A stretch of 63,994 nt of DNA, filler included, from Diploschistes diacapsis (Eukaryota): assembly GCA_023645945.1 (NCBI GenBank). It is 7 parts of 7 records of this genome, joined end to end, with 100 filler letters (N's around TTAATTAATTAA, not from the genome) between each part and the next. Parts side by side here need not be neighbours in the genome. Positions count along the whole stretch, not along the records: positions 37,033 to 46,161 come from JALAIB010001070.1; positions 46,262 to 55,378 come from JALAIB010001071.1; 5 more parts are not named here. The stretch is one strand, 5' to 3'. Position 1 is the stretch's first letter. The number at the start of each line of letters is the position of its first letter. The translations under genes were made by a program, and so were the position numbers. This document shows, piece after piece, positions 37,033 through 50,279 of this stretch. The notes below the pieces were generated by a model that did no database searches, was not told the origin of the DNA, and was given only the letters and a program-made list of their open reading frames with translations.

Positions 37033-37601
37033 AGGTTTCTGCTGTGATTTTTGTTGTTGGTGTGGCGGGTAGAGAGAGGGCTTCTTCTTCTTCTTCTTTA
37101 TCCCCCGTTGTGATGTAGACGATTGATTCACGTGGTTTTGCGAACTCAACTCCCAAGAGGCAGGGGGGGGAAAGGGTTGGCTTAAGTGTATATATACAGT
37201 TAAAAGTGGAGATGGTAAAATCAGCTTTTTGCTCGGTAACTGAAGCGAAAGCAGGGTCTTGTTCCAAAAGGGTATCGCTTGAACCGGATTTTGCTGAGCG
37301 CTAAAAACTCCAGTAGGAAAAATTGAAATTCCTTTTTGCCAACGGTGTTAGGGTAGGAAGTGCTGAGCACATGAGCGAGTGGGGTAGTAGGGATGTCGTT
37401 TTACTTTGTCCGGGCAAGAGAAGAAGATACAACGATACTACTACGAACAAATCAGTAGTTCTTGTTCTTGTCGTGAGCATACAGTTCATTTCCGATGCTC
37501 TACAAAGTACCTGGTGGTTCTCATAGCCTCAAAAGGAACCCGGATCATTATTAAACTCCGCGCATTCAATCGACCAAAACTCAGCTGCAGCTGAGCCCAT
37601 C

Positions 37602-38321
37602 TCAATCCAGTCGTGGCCAGGTCCTCGCTGTGGCAATGGGAGTCGTCTCCCCCCCGTTCTCGAATCCCCAGTTCTCCTTGCCAGTCTCCTCCCCAATCCT
37701 CAGAGCCGGGATCCTCATCTTCGCCTCCTTTCCTCTCGGCTTCCCCTCTTTGACTTCCTGCATCTCCCTCTCTTTCGCCTTTTGCGAATCCGGTCCCCTC
37801 AGCATCTTGATGATCACTCCGAGCTGGACTTTGAACACCTCCTTCAGCATCATGTCCTCCATCATGAACAGCGCCGATGCCGCCGGACTTCCTTCCCCCT
37901 TTTCGCTGCTCCCGCCGCTGCTGCCCTCCTTCCCTTTCCCGTCCTCATCGGTGCCCACGACGCCCTCCATGATCGTCATACCTCCCGCAAAATCCTTTGC
38001 GATCCTCATGTAGTCGATCTCGGCGTCCATGTTGCCCGCCATAGCCTCGTGAACCAGCTTCACGAAACATGGCACAAGCGAGAAGGGGATGGTGCTGATG
38101 TACGTCGTACTAATAAATTCTGGGAAACTGGCTGGATCGGCGTGGATAGTGCGTCGGAGGAAGAGGTCTTGTGAGGGAGCCAGGTCGAAGAGGGTATGCT
38201 TCTGAGGGTGGTCGGGGTGGTGGAGGTAGATAACGGTCCGAGTTTTGAGGCGGGGAGCGGAGATATAGGGATATTGGTTTGCGCGGGGAAGGCGGAAGGT
38301 AGAAAGACTGAAGGAAGCCAT
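37602..38321 (-). CDS. Hypothetical protein (239 aa)
   Basis: ATG in good context (CCGAAATGG) and coding-like codon bias; no recognisable domain. Confidence 0.55.
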   Translation of the reverse strand: MASFSLSTFRLPRANQYPYISAPRLKTRTVIYLHHPDHPQKHTLFDLAPSQDLFLRRTIHADPASFPEFISTTYISTIPFSLVPCFVKLVHEAMAGNMDAEIDYMRIAKDFAGGMTIMEGVVGTDEDGKGKEGSSGGSSEKGEGSPAASALFMMEDMMLKEVFKVQLGVIIKMLRGPDSQKAKEREMQEVKEGKPRGKEAKMRIPALRIGEETGKENWGFENGGETTPIATARTWPRLD

Positions 38322-38498
38322 TTCGGTGGTGAAGCGAACTTGGGGGATGATTCAGCAATTGCGGCAGGAGGGTCGAAGAACTCACTTCTGAGGTCCTCTG
38401 GAAAGGACAGGCTAGTTGTCCGGTAGGGTGGAAACTTGATATGAGCGAAAAGCAACGAAGCTCGTCAGAAGCTGATTTGAGAGTAGTCTGAAATCGTA

Positions 38499-38615
38499 TC
38501 TAGCAAATCTCCAAACGCAAAAGCAAGACCGCAAACGAGGAATTGGGTTGTTGGTTTCTAGCAAATCTCTAAACCCAAAAAGCAAGACTGCAAACGAGGA
38601 ATGGGGTTGCTGTTA
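38499..38615. repeat. ~58-bp tandem duplication
   Basis: TCTAGCAAATCTCYAAAC.CAAAA.GCAAGACYGCAAACGAGGAAT.GGGTTG at 38499 and 38557. Confidence 0.85.
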
Positions 38616-38832
38616 TGTTTTTCAGGTTCCATGACAGCGTGAAGAGAGGCGTCATCGGCCTAGCATTCACCAGATATCATTCTTCGCTGAGTGGAAGAAC
38701 ATAGAAACAGACATTCGTCAACATGCCTGTGAGTCAAACGAACCAGTCGACGATGTTCCAAACCACAGTTGAAAGGTTGAATGAGTTGTTCGGTTTTTTG
38801 GAGGCCCAGCGTTAGAGTTGTCATCACAGTGT

Positions 38833-40362
38833 TTACTTCCCCAAATTGCCAGTGTAAAACTTGACAGTAGAAGAAACTCCTGCGTTTGATCCCGCCATAT
38901 GCTTGACTACAGTCAGAACGCCCAAGGCAGCGTTCGCAAGATGTAGAGGGCAAAATTCGCTCCTGGCCTTCGAAACGACCTTGTTCAATCGATTTATGCA
39001 GACTCCCACCGAGACGTCAGCAGCTTCGCTTGCAACCATAACGTCGGGCGTTCCAAGAGCAATGAGTAAATGTGGGCTAATGTTTCGAAATGCTGTCGTC
39101 GCTCCGGCAGCATCATTCACCAGGATAACGAATTGCTTCAGGTCCAAATCGAGTCGGTGCGCAAAGGCCGTGGCTTCTGCGGCAGCGACGAGGTGAACTA
39201 TCTCCAGAAAATCAAGCACGAGTTGCAGCTTTTCTTGCACATCCTTTTCGTTGGAAGACAGGTTGATGTTGGAATTTTTGGGTGCGGCGAAACTCGGAAA
39301 GTACATTCGAACCATTCCCGCATCGTCTTCGGAACCCAGGCCATTGAGCAGGCCCATCAGATACATCTGTTCAGCAGCAGAGCATAGTGGAACTGGGAAG
39401 GAGATCCGACGTGCAGCTTCAGTCACAATACCCTGGGCAAATATTAGCGAGGAGGTCATCAAGGTTTCAGGCAAGCAGCACATACAACATCCTTGAGAAT
39501 AATGGTTGTTGCACTTGGCGGGGGTGTAAACTCTTTGCTCAGGATCCTGGGGCTTCGGTTCTCGAACATCCAGCTGTATGACGGAGATGATATGACTTTC
39601 TCCCTTACCATCTTCAGATCTATCCCCAGCGTGCTTGCAAAACCCATTGCTTCGCTTGTGGCAAGTATCTGGATTGCTGCGAGCACTTGATGTACCATTT
39701 TCAGGTTGCTGCCGGCGCCTGTATCTCCAGGAATAAAGAGCTTCGATTCGTCCGACATTTCCGAAAGCAGTGGCATCGCGCTGTCGAGTGCAGCTTTGGA
39801 ACCCCCAGCCATGATCGAAAGCGTCCCGTCGGCCGCTCTTTTCGATCCCCCAGAGACCGGACAATCAACGAGCAAGATATCCTGACGGCCCATCCCTTTA
39901 AATTTCTCTTCAAGATGTTGCACGTAGTGTGCGGGGACTGTGGAAGCTACGAGAAAGGTGACTTCCTCGTTCCAGCGCTGATCCATTCGTTAACAGGACT
40001 CGCTCTAAATCAGTAGCTAAACCATACAATTGATTAAAGGCCCCAACCCTTCAGTTTCCTCGAACAGCAGAGGCTCTAACTGCTCTGACGAAGCCACCAT
40101 ACAGATGTAAAACGCCTTCCCCTGGGCGGAATCAGCGAGAGAGGTTGCCGGCTTACCACCGGCTTCCTCGAATCGCTTCACTGCTTGGGAGAATACGTCG
40201 AAGCCTGTCACTGGGTAACCTTGTTTAACGAGGTGTGTTGCCATTCCGAAGCCCTGCTGCAACATGAGCTTCTCGCACTTGATGGCTTTATACAGTCCAC
40301 TTTGTGCTTACCATAGCTCCAAGGCCCACGAAACCTACTTCTGGCTTTTGACTAGCTACCAT
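38833..40362 (-). CDS. 3-hydroxyisobutyrate dehydrogenase-family oxidoreductase (YgbJ/LtnD-like)
   Basis: VGFVGLGAM|GFGMATHL, ASTVP, LVDCPVSGG, GAGSNLKMVHQ, SWMFENR, IILKD and EDDAGMVR; duplicated C-terminal helical domain; three introns. Confidence 0.88.
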
Positions 40363-41137
40363 TCTGAGTCCATGCAATTCAGTGGTTTTTAAACCAACTC
40401 CGAGATCTGAATAGGAAAAGACATTTCCAGAACCACCTCCTTTGAGTTTCTCTCTTAACGGATCTACTGGTACTTGCTATTGCAGGTAAGTAGTTGACCA
40501 ACCTCCCGAAATCGCGCGCGATGAGTAGAAGAATCGGCTCGAAGTTCCAATGTAGCCATTAATGAAGTTTTCAAGCATGCTGCAACTATTCTGTTGGCTC
40601 CGCGGGTCATCGACGCTTTCAGATCAATCTGCCTGGTGGCTGATGGAAGGGAAGAAAAGTCCCCACAGCAGCACGTTGCCCTTGCTGCTTCGAGGCCCCA
40701 CTGCGCTTGCTTGCTTGCTTGCGTGGACTGCGGAACGTAAAATCGCAAACCGGGTCTCGTCTAGATACGCATACCAAATCTCACCTGTAAAGTTATACTA
40801 CGGGGACAACCCAGAGAGAACTGCCTTGCGTGTAGAATGCTGGTGAAGGGGCAAAGGTCAGTCTCACGCAATCATATAAAGAGCTCTACAGAAACCTCAG
40901 TAAGAACATCAATAGATTTCTGACGAAATGGTCAATCATAATCATGGAACCACCAATGGGTCCCTTCAAATTCCTTTTATATACAGCAACGTACAGTGAG
41001 AAAGTGATACGCCGCGTGGCAAGCTCTAGCACTAGAGGTCTGCCCTTCCCTCTTCCGATATTAACACCGTCAATGCCGCTAGGTGAACACAGCAGATCAT
41101 GGGTATATCACACATAAACACATTCGCCTAGTGACGA

Positions 41138-44100
41138 TCAAGAAAAGAAATACTTGCTGTCCTTGAGCCTTGAGACATCGAAGGTTCCCTGTCAAACATT
41201 AGCGTTTATTCTGCAAGGTCGAAGCAATCGCTGGGTCAAACTTACTTTGTTTGGTACAGGTGGGAATGTAAGGGGCCGCCAGACCCAAACCTTCTTCGAT
41301 TCTCTAGCAAGTTTAGCCCTTTTGGCTTTGTGGACTGCAGTAGCAGTGGCTACTTTGGCGCTCTCGGGACCCTCAGTAACGACAGAAGAAATAAAATCAG
41401 GGATCGTATCAGTATCGCTGCTGCCGTCTGGCACTTCGTGGGTGTCTAGAGCGTTGCAGGTCGTCTCGACTGCGTCAGTAGCTTGCACATCATCTTCGTT
41501 TTGCACCTCGCCCAAAGCACCATCAAGCTCCTCTAGACTGGCCACATCTTCTTTATTGGCGATTTCTTCCACTAGCTTGCTGGGCGTTACCATGGCCTCG
41601 CCCTTTGCACGCTCTTCCGCATTAGAGGACGCTAGTAGGTTAAGACGCTTTCTCTCAACGAGTAGTTCATCCATCTTGATTTGAGCCTCAGGTTTCTTTG
41701 CTTGGCGTGTCTTCTTGCGAAGGTCGCGTATCTTCTGGCCAACCGCACTATTGTACTTGACAGTCGCGAGATACATTCCCCCCTTGTATCTTGCCTCAAA
41801 TTCAGCAGCGACCCGTCCCACTATGTTTTCCGAGTGCATCTTTATGAAGGCATCGCGGATGACCAGGTTCATGGTATCGATATCAGCAGCGTGTGTCCAG
41901 AATGAATCATGAACGGCAGCAAACGAGAGACCAAGCTCATTGCACTTTAGAGCGGAAAGAAACATGTGCGTTGCATCGAGCGAGTGGATGAAGTTTGGCG
42001 GAAAAGCTTGCAACTGCTTGCGCTTACTGACTGGATCCGCAGTCGAAGGCTCAATAAGATTGATCTTTTGGAAATTGGTCTTGATTTGCTTCGTTGAGCC
42101 TTTCCTATAAGGCTGCACTATGGGCATTTTCAACGGCGTGGTCCAGATAACACTCGTTTTGAAGCGGGAATGTTCATCTTCCAAGGCTTTGTAGTTTGTA
42201 GGCGATGCAGAGAACGGTGTGGATTGCTTTTTGCCGGCAGCACTCTCTTCAATATACTGGATTTGTTGAGGGGTCAGAGCGTCGCATATCCTCGATGCAC
42301 ATTCTCCCAGCCAATACTGTATATCGTGCGCACCGGTAAACATGATTGAGAGTGACTGAAATATTTTTTTGGCGATGTAGCTCGAAGCCATGAAAAGCTT
42401 ACGTGAGTCGTCCGCGAACAGATCGGGATAGAAATCCTCAAGTTGGCGAAGAACCTGCATCTTTGCACCGGCAAAGGTGACACCATAAACGTTTGTCATG
42501 ACTGTCTGCTTCACTATTTTCCTCTTAATCTTACCATCCAACAACAGACCCATAGGATCCCCAGACATGGCATCCTCTGTGATGCGTTGCTGGACCATCT
42601 CAGCCACCGCGGTGTAAATGTCCGATGGGCGGTCGCCTGGCTCAAGATTGACTTGCTTGGCTCCAATGGAATCTCCGCCTAATGCTGCATAATGTTGAAG
42701 GCCATTGCATGTACCATCCTGGTGAACTGGCAGATGCGAGATAAACTTCGTTGGGTCAGGAGAATCTAGAGCGTTGGTCAATTCGATGCAGGTCGCTAGG
42801 CATTGCCAGGGATCTTCCGCTTTCAACCACCAGCGTCGGCCGTTGAGAGGATTTCTGGCCGAGTCGTTGATTTCTTCAACATGCTCGTAGGTGAAGTCTC
42901 GTCGCTCAATCAAGCTCGCCTTGTCGAATCCAAATACGTTAGCCAAATGAACCCGGAGCCAGGTGAGACCATTGTGCCCTAATTCCCTTCCCTTACCGAA
43001 TAGCAGGAGACCGCGGCAATGATCAGCACCCATGTGATTGAGATAAGGAGGAATAGGGTAGGCACGTCCTCGGAAGTCCATATTGTGAGGGAAATAGAAT
43101 TGCTCGTTAAGAAAGGCTCTTGCCACTTCGAGTTGGAAATTCTGGAAGCACCTGTTCGAATGGTATCCGTCTTTCAGGTTATCCAGCTGCTTCACCTTGT
43201 AAGCATACTGGAGACGAGCGTCTTTGTCAGCGCTTGGGCCAGGATCGGGTGGATACTCCAATTTGGGGTCAACGGGAGCAATTTCTGCGACGCCCTCTCC
43301 ACTATTCCAGACCTGGGCCATGATATTGAAAATAGCTCGATTGATCTTCCAAGGCGTTTTTCCCAGGACATCGAGAGCGCTATATACCTGCGCCATGTCG
43401 CCACTTTTCGAAGCAAGCTTCATGTAATCGCGAGTCTCAGAGTGAGAGGAGGTTGTCCGTACAACAGCCACTGGTTGTTGCAGAAAACCACCTTCCTTAT
43501 ATCCAGTCCAAGGAACGGGCTCAACAAGCATGGGAAGATGCTTTGCAATGGCACTCCCGACGGGCTCTTTCATTATTTTCTCCGCCAGAACCTTATGCAT
43601 ACCGAATACTCCAAGCCGACGGCCATGGGAAAATTGTGTGAATCTTCTGAACGCTGGCTCGCTCTTGCTCTCAGTTTTTCCGTTTTTATGATCCTTGGCT
43701 GGGAGATCAATCTTGGCTACTTTATATAAAAGAGAAACCATGGCAGCGCCAACCTTAGTAACAATAGTAGAAGACCACTCGGGAGTGGTTGGCATGGTGT
43801 TTCTCGGTCTGCTCTGCCTGGAGACGCTAGACTTCGCCCTAGCGGCTTCTGAAGCAGCATTGTTCTGCTTTTTCTTGATTAGTTGAGCAAGCACCTTTGA
43901 ACGCTGCCGCGATGAGATTTTCTTTTTTGTTATTTCTTTCATCTTCCGTTGCAGCATTTCCGCTTCAGACTCTTCTTCGATCGCTTTGCCAACTTCAGTA
44001 ATGAGCCTCGCGAGAGCGATGCCCTTCTGACTGCTAGATCGAGTCAAGGCCTGCAAAGAAACGAGAATCGTCGTCGCAGATAATTTCTCTGGTGATATGT

Positions 44101-45454
44101 ATTGTAGGAAGGGACCATACATTAGCCGATCAACATCTTTATCGCGACCTGCAGAGTCTGCTGACTTCTTTATTTCACGAAGCTCGTCCTTGACAGCTGG
44201 AAGCAACTGTTCGTGCCATGTCCACATCAAAGAGCCGATGGATTTGCTTTGAAGGCTTGAGTGGACACCAATTCTCTTGACCGTCTCGTCATGATCTGTA
44301 CGCCAACGCTCCAACGCAGATGCAATTGTGTCTTTTTCTAGTTGACGTTGTAGCTCGACAATATCAATGTCTCCTGAAATTGCCCTCTGTACCATCTGTT
44401 GTTTTGCACCTTTCTGTCCATTGTAAAACAACGCAAGCGATTTCTGGAGTGCGGTCAGGCCAAGGCCTTTCTGTCTTTGCGGCATAATAGTAGGGGCCTG
44501 CATGTCTTCTGTCTCTGCCGTGCCTGAGTCTCCCAAAGGTAAGGCAACTTCGTCTTCCAGGATGAGCTCACGTTCCCGTGCCAAGCCTTCCTCATCATAT
44601 CGAGTCAATTGCATGAATTGTGCATCACTCAGTCGCGCATAGATGGCTGCAAGCACGGCGTCGTATATTTCGTAGTCTCTCGCAATCGCCAGATAGCGTC
44701 TTATGGTGCGTGCGGTCTTTTTCTCGTTGTAGTCGTGAAATGAAGCCTGGATCATGAGCGCGATAGTAACTTCGTTCGGATGAATGCCCTTGCCACGTAT
44801 CTCAACTTCGAACCACTTGTGCATGTGGGCCAGAAGTAGCTGATCGTTTGAGATCACGATCTTGGCAATTATACCAGCAAAGTATGCGTTGTGCGCCTCG
44901 AGCAATTCTACCGAGTCTGCCTTGTAGATGTCGTTAAGACGTCGAACAGTGGCAGACGCCCTGTCCAGTTGCCCAAGCTGAAGACATGCCTGTAGTATTC
45001 GATGAATATCGCCAACTTCTCCACCTATTCCGTCAATATGGCGAAAAGTTCGTGGCGCTAGTTGTAGAGTGTTAGGAATGATAAGCGGTGTCGAGGGATC
45101 GAAATGGGGAAGGTTGGAGGCACTTTTTTCGGAGGTCCAAGAGAACTTGTGCTGATGCTCCCCGTCTAAAGATGTATTTGCTTCCCATGGGATGTAGTCA
45201 TCTTGGTAGACAGGCTCTTGGGTTGCCGCGTAGGCAAACCCTCGGTCTGGAGGACGGTTTGCAGCAGTAACGGAGGGGGGGACTGGCGAAGGCCGCCGTT
45301 CAACAGAGGTCGCTGTCCTCCGTATTCTTTGGCGCCCTGAGAAATCATTGTTTAAAGCTGGGCACAGCCAGGGACACTGGAGCTGATCAAAAAGTGGCCG
45401 TAACCCTCGAGCTACATCACGGCGAAGCTTCTGCCTCGTACCCCGAATGATCAT
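41138..45454 (-). CDS. RPO41: Mitochondrial DNA-directed RNA polymerase (T7-like)
   Basis: HNMDFRGRAYP, HQDGTCNGLQHYAALG, KQTVMTNVYG, PPNFIHSLDA and VHDSF. Terminal intron (GTAAGT..GCTAAT..CAG), then last exon GTFDVSRLKDSKYFFS*. Confidence 0.97.
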
Positions 45455-45974
45455 GCTCAATGGCAGCAGCGACAAGACAACGACCACAGTCGACCAACAA
45501 TCAACCTTTCCACCCCCAAGGTGCAATGTAAAAAGGTGTGGCGCTGGATGGAAAGTAGAAGCACGGAGATCCCAGATTTTTCCAAGATTTCGGATGACTA
45601 AGAAAATTCTGCTGACCGGAATTAAGAAACCCCGCTCGAATGACGAATCAAGTCTAGTGTCTAACGTGATTCACTACGAAACGGAACACCCCACGAAGCG
45701 GAACACTACATTATAATGTAATTGCCCTAGATCGAGCGTTTCTATATTTGTACGAAGCTAAATCTATTCTCAATTAGAGAGGTTCAGCAACCTTGTAAAT
45801 GCACCGCGTAAGTCTTATTGTAGTTAGTTCGTGTCTCGGCGCCGAGCGTTGTTTATCTGTTTGGTGTTACGATCCAAGGTACTAGGCGGTAGTACTTGGC
45901 ACGCAACAGCTAGTCGGGCACTTCCCAATTATTCTTTATATATAGTCTAATCAGGGTGATAGGGGTCATGTAAC

Positions 45975-46161
45975 GAGTAAAAGGTTTAAGAAACCATTCT
46001 ATCCAGTCGTAAATAAAAAGAAAAAACGATAATTTTATTTATTTATTTTATTAAAGGAATTATTAATTATATAAAATTTTTTATTATGATTCCTTTAAAT
46101 TTTAATATATTTATTTTTATAGATATTTTTAATTATTACTCGGGATCAATCTATATTCGTT
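45975..46161. repeat. AT-rich, probably RIP-degraded repeat relic at contig end
   Basis: Abrupt shift to very high AT content with many TpA dinucleotides. Confidence 0.5.
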
Positions 46162-46261
46162 NNNNNNNNNNNNNNNNNNNNNNNNNNNNNNNNNNNNNNN
46201 NNNNNTTAATTAATTAANNNNNNNNNNNNNNNNNNNNNNNNNNNNNNNNNNNNNNNNNNNN
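46162..46261. other. Artificial contig-joining spacer
   Basis: 44N-TTAATTAATTAA-44N. Confidence 0.99.
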
Positions 46262-47104
46262 CCCTTCCGCTACTCGCCCCCCTTCCACCCCACCTCCTCA
46301 GCTCCCATCGTTCGAAATCCAACCGAATCCACAAACGGTGCACCCAACAGCACCTCCACCTCCACCTGCACCTCAGCCGCAGCCGGCAAGGCCCTCCTCC
46401 AGCGCGGCGCCCGCCGCATGGAGCTCGAGCGGGAGCTGCAGCAGGTCCAGCAGGAGGCGCAGGAAGCCGGATACTGTATCGGCCCGGCTGGGCCATCGGC
46501 GTGGGATCCGGCTCCTGCGGCCGCAGAGACGGACGCGGACGCGGACGCGGACGCACGACGCAGCCGGCTCGCACGGGGGCGGTCGGAAACCAAGGCGGAG
46601 TGGGCAGAGCGCCTGAGGTCGCAGCTCGCGTCCCTGCAGCTGGAGCTGGTGACGCTGCAGATCGAGAAGGCGTTCGAGATAGAGTCCGAGGACGAGGCGA
46701 GAGGCGAAGGCCATCGGGCGCGGGACGGGGGAAGGACCAGGCGGGATGGTGGTGGAGGAGGAGGAGGAAGAAGTGAGAGGCAAGCCGGCCGCAACAGACG
46801 CGAGAAACGAGCCCAGCGCCGGCTGCAGCACATGCGCAACCATGTCGACGATACAGACGTCATGCAGATGGAACGACCCAGCGGACAGGGAGTGCTCGGG
46901 GGGCTGGAGAAGAGGCTGTGGGAGAGGAAGAGCGGGGTCGTGCCGCCTTTTTTTTGGAGGGAGGCTAGGATGGAGAGGATGAGGGTCGGAAGGGAGGAAA
47001 GGATGGGGGAGATGAAGAGGGTGGGTGCTGAGAAGCATAAGCATAGGATGGGTGGAGAAGGAGGAAAAGGGTGGGGGAAGGAAGAATATGCCGGGAAAGG
47101 GTGA
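46262..47104 (+). CDS. Hypothetical charged, coiled-coil-like protein; 5' truncated
   Basis: Frame is open from the contig start through ORF 46418..47104 and is GC3-rich; no recognised domain. Confidence 0.45.
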   Translation, partial: PFRYSPPFHPTSSAPIVRNPTESTNGAPNSTSTSTCTSAAAGKALLQRGARRMELERELQQVQQEAQEAGYCIGPAGPSAWDPAPAAAETDADADADARRSRLARGRSETKAEWAERLRSQLASLQLELVTLQIEKAFEIESEDEARGEGHRARDGGRTRRDGGGGGGGRSERQAGRNRREKRAQRRLQHMRNHVDDTDVMQMERPSGQGVLGGLEKRLWERKSGVVPPFFWREARMERMRVGREERMGEMKRVGAEKHKHRMGGEGGKGWGKEEYAGKG

Positions 47105-47534
47105 GAAGACTGCAGACGGAGGAGAGGTGGATGGCGGGGAAAGAGTCTCGGAGAACGACCGCGAACGGGGAGAATTGGGGAGGAGGACAGGAAGTGGAAG
47201 AGAGATATGAATGCTAGGTGATTAGTGGTGGAACGGTTAGAGGGGCGCTGAGGGTTTGATTGGTGAGATACTAGTAGTAAGTGGATAAATGACTGTGAGC
47301 AGATTGTGTGGTACTGGTCTGAAGGGAACGACCCAAGAGACGCTATTGTTTGTGGGGCAATCTCTGAGAGTCACAAGTCATTGAGTCGGTCGTTTATGAA
47401 CTGTTTTTTTGTGCTCGATCGGCCAACAAGCTCTAGGGTATAAGAATCAAACCAATACTGAATGCAGCCTCGCGTAACCCGTGTAAACATGCATGCTCCA
47501 AGGTTAGGAACAATCAGAGCAACACCTAACTGTG

Positions 47535-50007
47535 TTAGTAGTTTCCTCCACCATAATAACCCCCTTGCTGAGACTCTCCGTAATACTGTCTACCAGGAGG
47601 CGGCCCTGGCGGTGCCTGATAATTTTCCTCGAATCCCTGTCGATTGGGCGGTGGGCCTGGAGGCGCTTGGTATCCTTCCTGATATCCTTGCGTGTTTGTT
47701 GGTGGACCTCCTTGGTAGTGCCCGTAGCTAGATTGGTACTCGCTCTGCGGCTGACCATATCCGTACCCATATTGCTGGGGCGGTTCCGGTGTTCTGTTCT
47801 GTTCGTATGGCGGAAGTCCACCCTGACACGAAGCGTCGGCATGCAGATGATGAGGGCCTTGGGAAGGTGCAACTCCATCGTATAACGGCGGCTGCTGGTA
47901 AGCCGTTTGATAGGGTGCTCGTGGGTTGTATGCAGGTTGCTGCTGGTAGTCCGGCCCAGTTGGCGGCCGCGTCGAGTCGTAAGCTGTCTCGGTACCAATC
48001 TCATCTGTAGGATCCATTTCTCGAGAGCCAGGTCCGCCTCCTCCCCCAGTGAACTTGGCGAAGGGCTTCAGTATACTCCCGAACTGGCTTTGCAAACTTG
48101 AGGCAAAGGTATTCTGAAGGGACCCGGTGGTTGGTAATTGAGGTGCGCCATGATAATGAACATTAGTAGACTCTTGCACGGAGCCGGTCAGGTTCTTGCC
48201 TGCCTTGACGCTTTCCGAGGACAGTATTACATCAATATCTTGCCGGCTCCGCGACCACTTCTCAACAATCTCGAACATCTTGCAATGGATTTCGATGCTA
48301 TTATTTCGGAGAGCAGGATGGTGGAATGAGCGCAGGACATCATTTACTACCTGGTCGACAGGGATGTCTGGGTGTTGCCACGCGTAAATGACCCGGGGCG
48401 CCGTGTACTGAAGGACAATCGCAGCGATCTGTCCGGCGGGCTCATTGAGGACATTCGCAAAGTGATCCTTAGCGAGGAGAGAGTGTGTTGGGTCGGTGCA
48501 ATGGGGATCGGTCCAAGGCTCGTACTGGTGCCTGCCGCTAGCATCCACTATCGAACCACTCCCTGTCTTGACTTGCTGTGAAATAGCCGTTATAATAGGT
48601 CGGATGAATGGAGCAAGGAGACTCATGACAAAAAGGGTCACAGTTTCTGTTATCTTGTCCACCAACGCCTCCAACCCCGGTATTTTCTCAATGGTTTGTT
48701 CCAGAGCTCGGACTACCTTGTCACGGAATTGCAAAATTGGGTATATTTGCTTGATGGTCTTCTGGGGGTCAAAATTTCCCATGCCAGGAATGCCTGGCGC
48801 CGGAGGCCCACCTTCGAATCCCGGCGGAGGTAGAAAGTTTGTTTGCGGTGTTGCCAAATTAGATCCAAAGTTAGTTGCCTCGTTCGCTCTCTCTTGTTCT
48901 TGCGAGGCTGTTTGAAGATCAACTGCCTCTCGGCTAAGCTCTCCGGCTCCTGGAACTTGTGATAGCAGACCAGTCAAATTACTAAGGCCAGTATTAGAGT
49001 CACCGAATCCTCGACTGCTGCCCTCCGCCCCTTGCGCTTCGCCGAGTGCTTTGTTTAGCTCATCGACTTCTGATTGCGAGAGATGGTCGGTGGCTTCGCC
49101 GAGAACGCTGTGAACAAAGTCTACCACACCAAAAGTACCCGTCACCAACGGAAAGGCTCGCCTGCCTTGGAATTCCATTTCTGTTGCACTACCACAATGT
49201 GGGAAGACGTTACGACGTCCCATCTCCCGCAGAGCAAGTTCGATATAGTTCGAGTGGGCTGCAAAGTCCTCCAGAGTGTGCAGAGCCTGGCCAAGGCAGC
49301 GCATAGCTTCGTAGAGGTCCTCCTGCTTGCCCCTTGTGCCAGAAGCGCCATTTGTGTAAATTCTGCCAAAGTGGATACTCCTCGATAGGCTGAACCGCAC
49401 ATAGCCCGAACTCGTAGCAATCCCTAAGTCGTCATTGGCTATGTAGTTCTTCATGCCTGTCCTTGGGTCAATGTCCAGTTCAAACTGCTGCACTGGAGGC
49501 CGGAGCCGCTGGTCATACTCTCTTGCATCTTTGTCATCAGCGTAGTTCTTGGGGTTGTCAATGTGCTCCTCCGGACGGTATACGCCAAGCCTTTCCGATG
49601 TGACTTCAAACTCTTCGGTGGCGTATCCAAAGGTCAAGAACGAGAGAACCCAAAGCAGTATTCGAATAGTATCTGCTTGTATAGACTTCAGTGTCCCGAC
49701 ATCCATGGCTTGGCTGTAATCGCGTAGCCAGTTGCCAAAATACACCCTCTTGACCATCAATGATGTCCATTTGTGGCCCTTTAAGAAAGCCACTGTCTTG
49801 ATCATGTCCTCGATATCTCCATGGCGCCAATTGTGACCTTCCAAGCGGGATATTGAAGCTGAAGCTGGTCAGATAATAGAAGTCACCGATAGATTGTATC
49901 CTACCAATGTTGCCCGCACCAAAGGCAGACGCTGGCTGCACCAAGAGGACTACTGCTACGAGGAGCAGTAGCCAACATGATGGCCCCCAACTTTTATTGG
50001 AACCCAT
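47535..50007 (-). CDS. HET-C domain protein with signal peptide and Q/Y/G/P-rich tail
   Basis: Signal peptide ending AFGAGNI, then an intron, then EGHNWRHGDIED, RVYFGNWLRDYSQA, LGVYRPEEHIDNPK, LHTLEDFAAHSNY, LVTGTFG and DPTHSLLAKDHF. Confidence 0.93.
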
Positions 50008-50279
50008 TGCGGTTCGAGTGATTGATACTCAGTCTTCTGGTAGTCGTGAAGCCCTCATACCTTCATCGTGAAGACGCCCGTGAAGATGGAACAGATATGG
50101 GCTGGTCTGTCTCTTATCAATGCTTCAAACCAGTAGCCTAGTCTAGTACTCACCTCTGTGAATCGGGAGTTGTAGACTGATGCAATCCACCAGTTGGCTT
50201 GTGGTTGTAGTGAGTGGGGGTTTATCTACCAGCTTGGCGCCTTGTACTTGGTAGCTGAAATCCAGAGCAGTTATTGTGA

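Noticed and set aside
41138..45454. T7-phage-like RNA polymerase as a viral or horizontally acquired gene
   Set aside because: It is the ordinary nuclear-encoded mitochondrial RNA polymerase, with an N-terminal extension, a spliceosomal intron and a YFFS terminus.
12134..45454. PPR gene and rpo41 as a mitochondrial gene-expression cluster
   Set aside because: They are on different contigs separated by three spacers.
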